Of a stretch of DNA of 64,000 bases, positions 63,576-64,000 are shown piece by piece. Origin of the DNA: Eledone cirrhosa (Eukaryota). The DNA is taken from NCBI GenBank assembly GCA_964016885.1, contig OZ024743.1:308202001-308266000 (forward strand). The letters are read 5' to 3'. The notes under the pieces are model-generated. The model had not been told where the DNA came from. It did no database searches and saw nothing but the letters and a program-made list of their open reading frames with translations. Position 1 is the first letter of the stretch; each line of letters opens with the position of its first letter. The translations under genes and the position numbers were made by a program.

Positions 63576-63910
63576 TACATATACATGTGTATGTGTGTGT
63601 GTGTGTGTGTATTTGTTTTGTAAGATTATTCATGTAAAATAGCGTGTTGAAACAGATATAATATAAACCAGTTTAGTTTCAGTTAGGTTTTATTAGTCAA
63701 GTAACTAATCAATTCATTGGTTGGTTTTCTAATCAGCTGGTTAATTGTCAAAACATGATTAGCATTAAGCTTCTATAATCTTTATGATGGCTGCAAACTC
63801 GTGTTTTTACATCCATTTTTTCCATAATGGCATGGGTTGTACATCATCATCATCATCATCATCATCTTCTTTTAATGTCCATCTTCCACGCTAGCATGGG
63901 TTAGATGAAC

Positions 63911-63967
<57 letters not shown>

Positions 63968-64000
63968 TACATAGGGAGAAGTACACATAGAGATATGTGT

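Overview
AT-rich, microsatellite-saturated eukaryotic DNA made almost entirely of transposable-element debris; no complete host gene is recognisable. The SINE families resemble those I recall from octopod cephalopods (inference, not checked). Contents: five Penelope-like element (PLE) GIY-YIG remnants, a near full-length Tx1/L1-clade LINE (~23.5-29.1 kb), R4/Dong, CRE and RTE LINE fragments, several tRNA-derived SINE families, non-autonomous Helitrons, a Tc1/mariner MITE and several minisatellites. The main signal the ORF track misses is about 20 type I hammerhead ribozyme (HHR) motifs from roughly 12 sequence families, almost all in (TA)n-embedded elements with inverted or palindromic ends. 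One non-coding HHR family (~646-nt monomer) occurs as differently circularly permuted copies with compensatory stem changes, which suggests a retrozyme-like RNA replicon. A 41-bp minisatellite repeats a CTGAC...AG|GTAAGT splice motif about 30 times. All alignments and folds were done by eye; boundaries are approximate.
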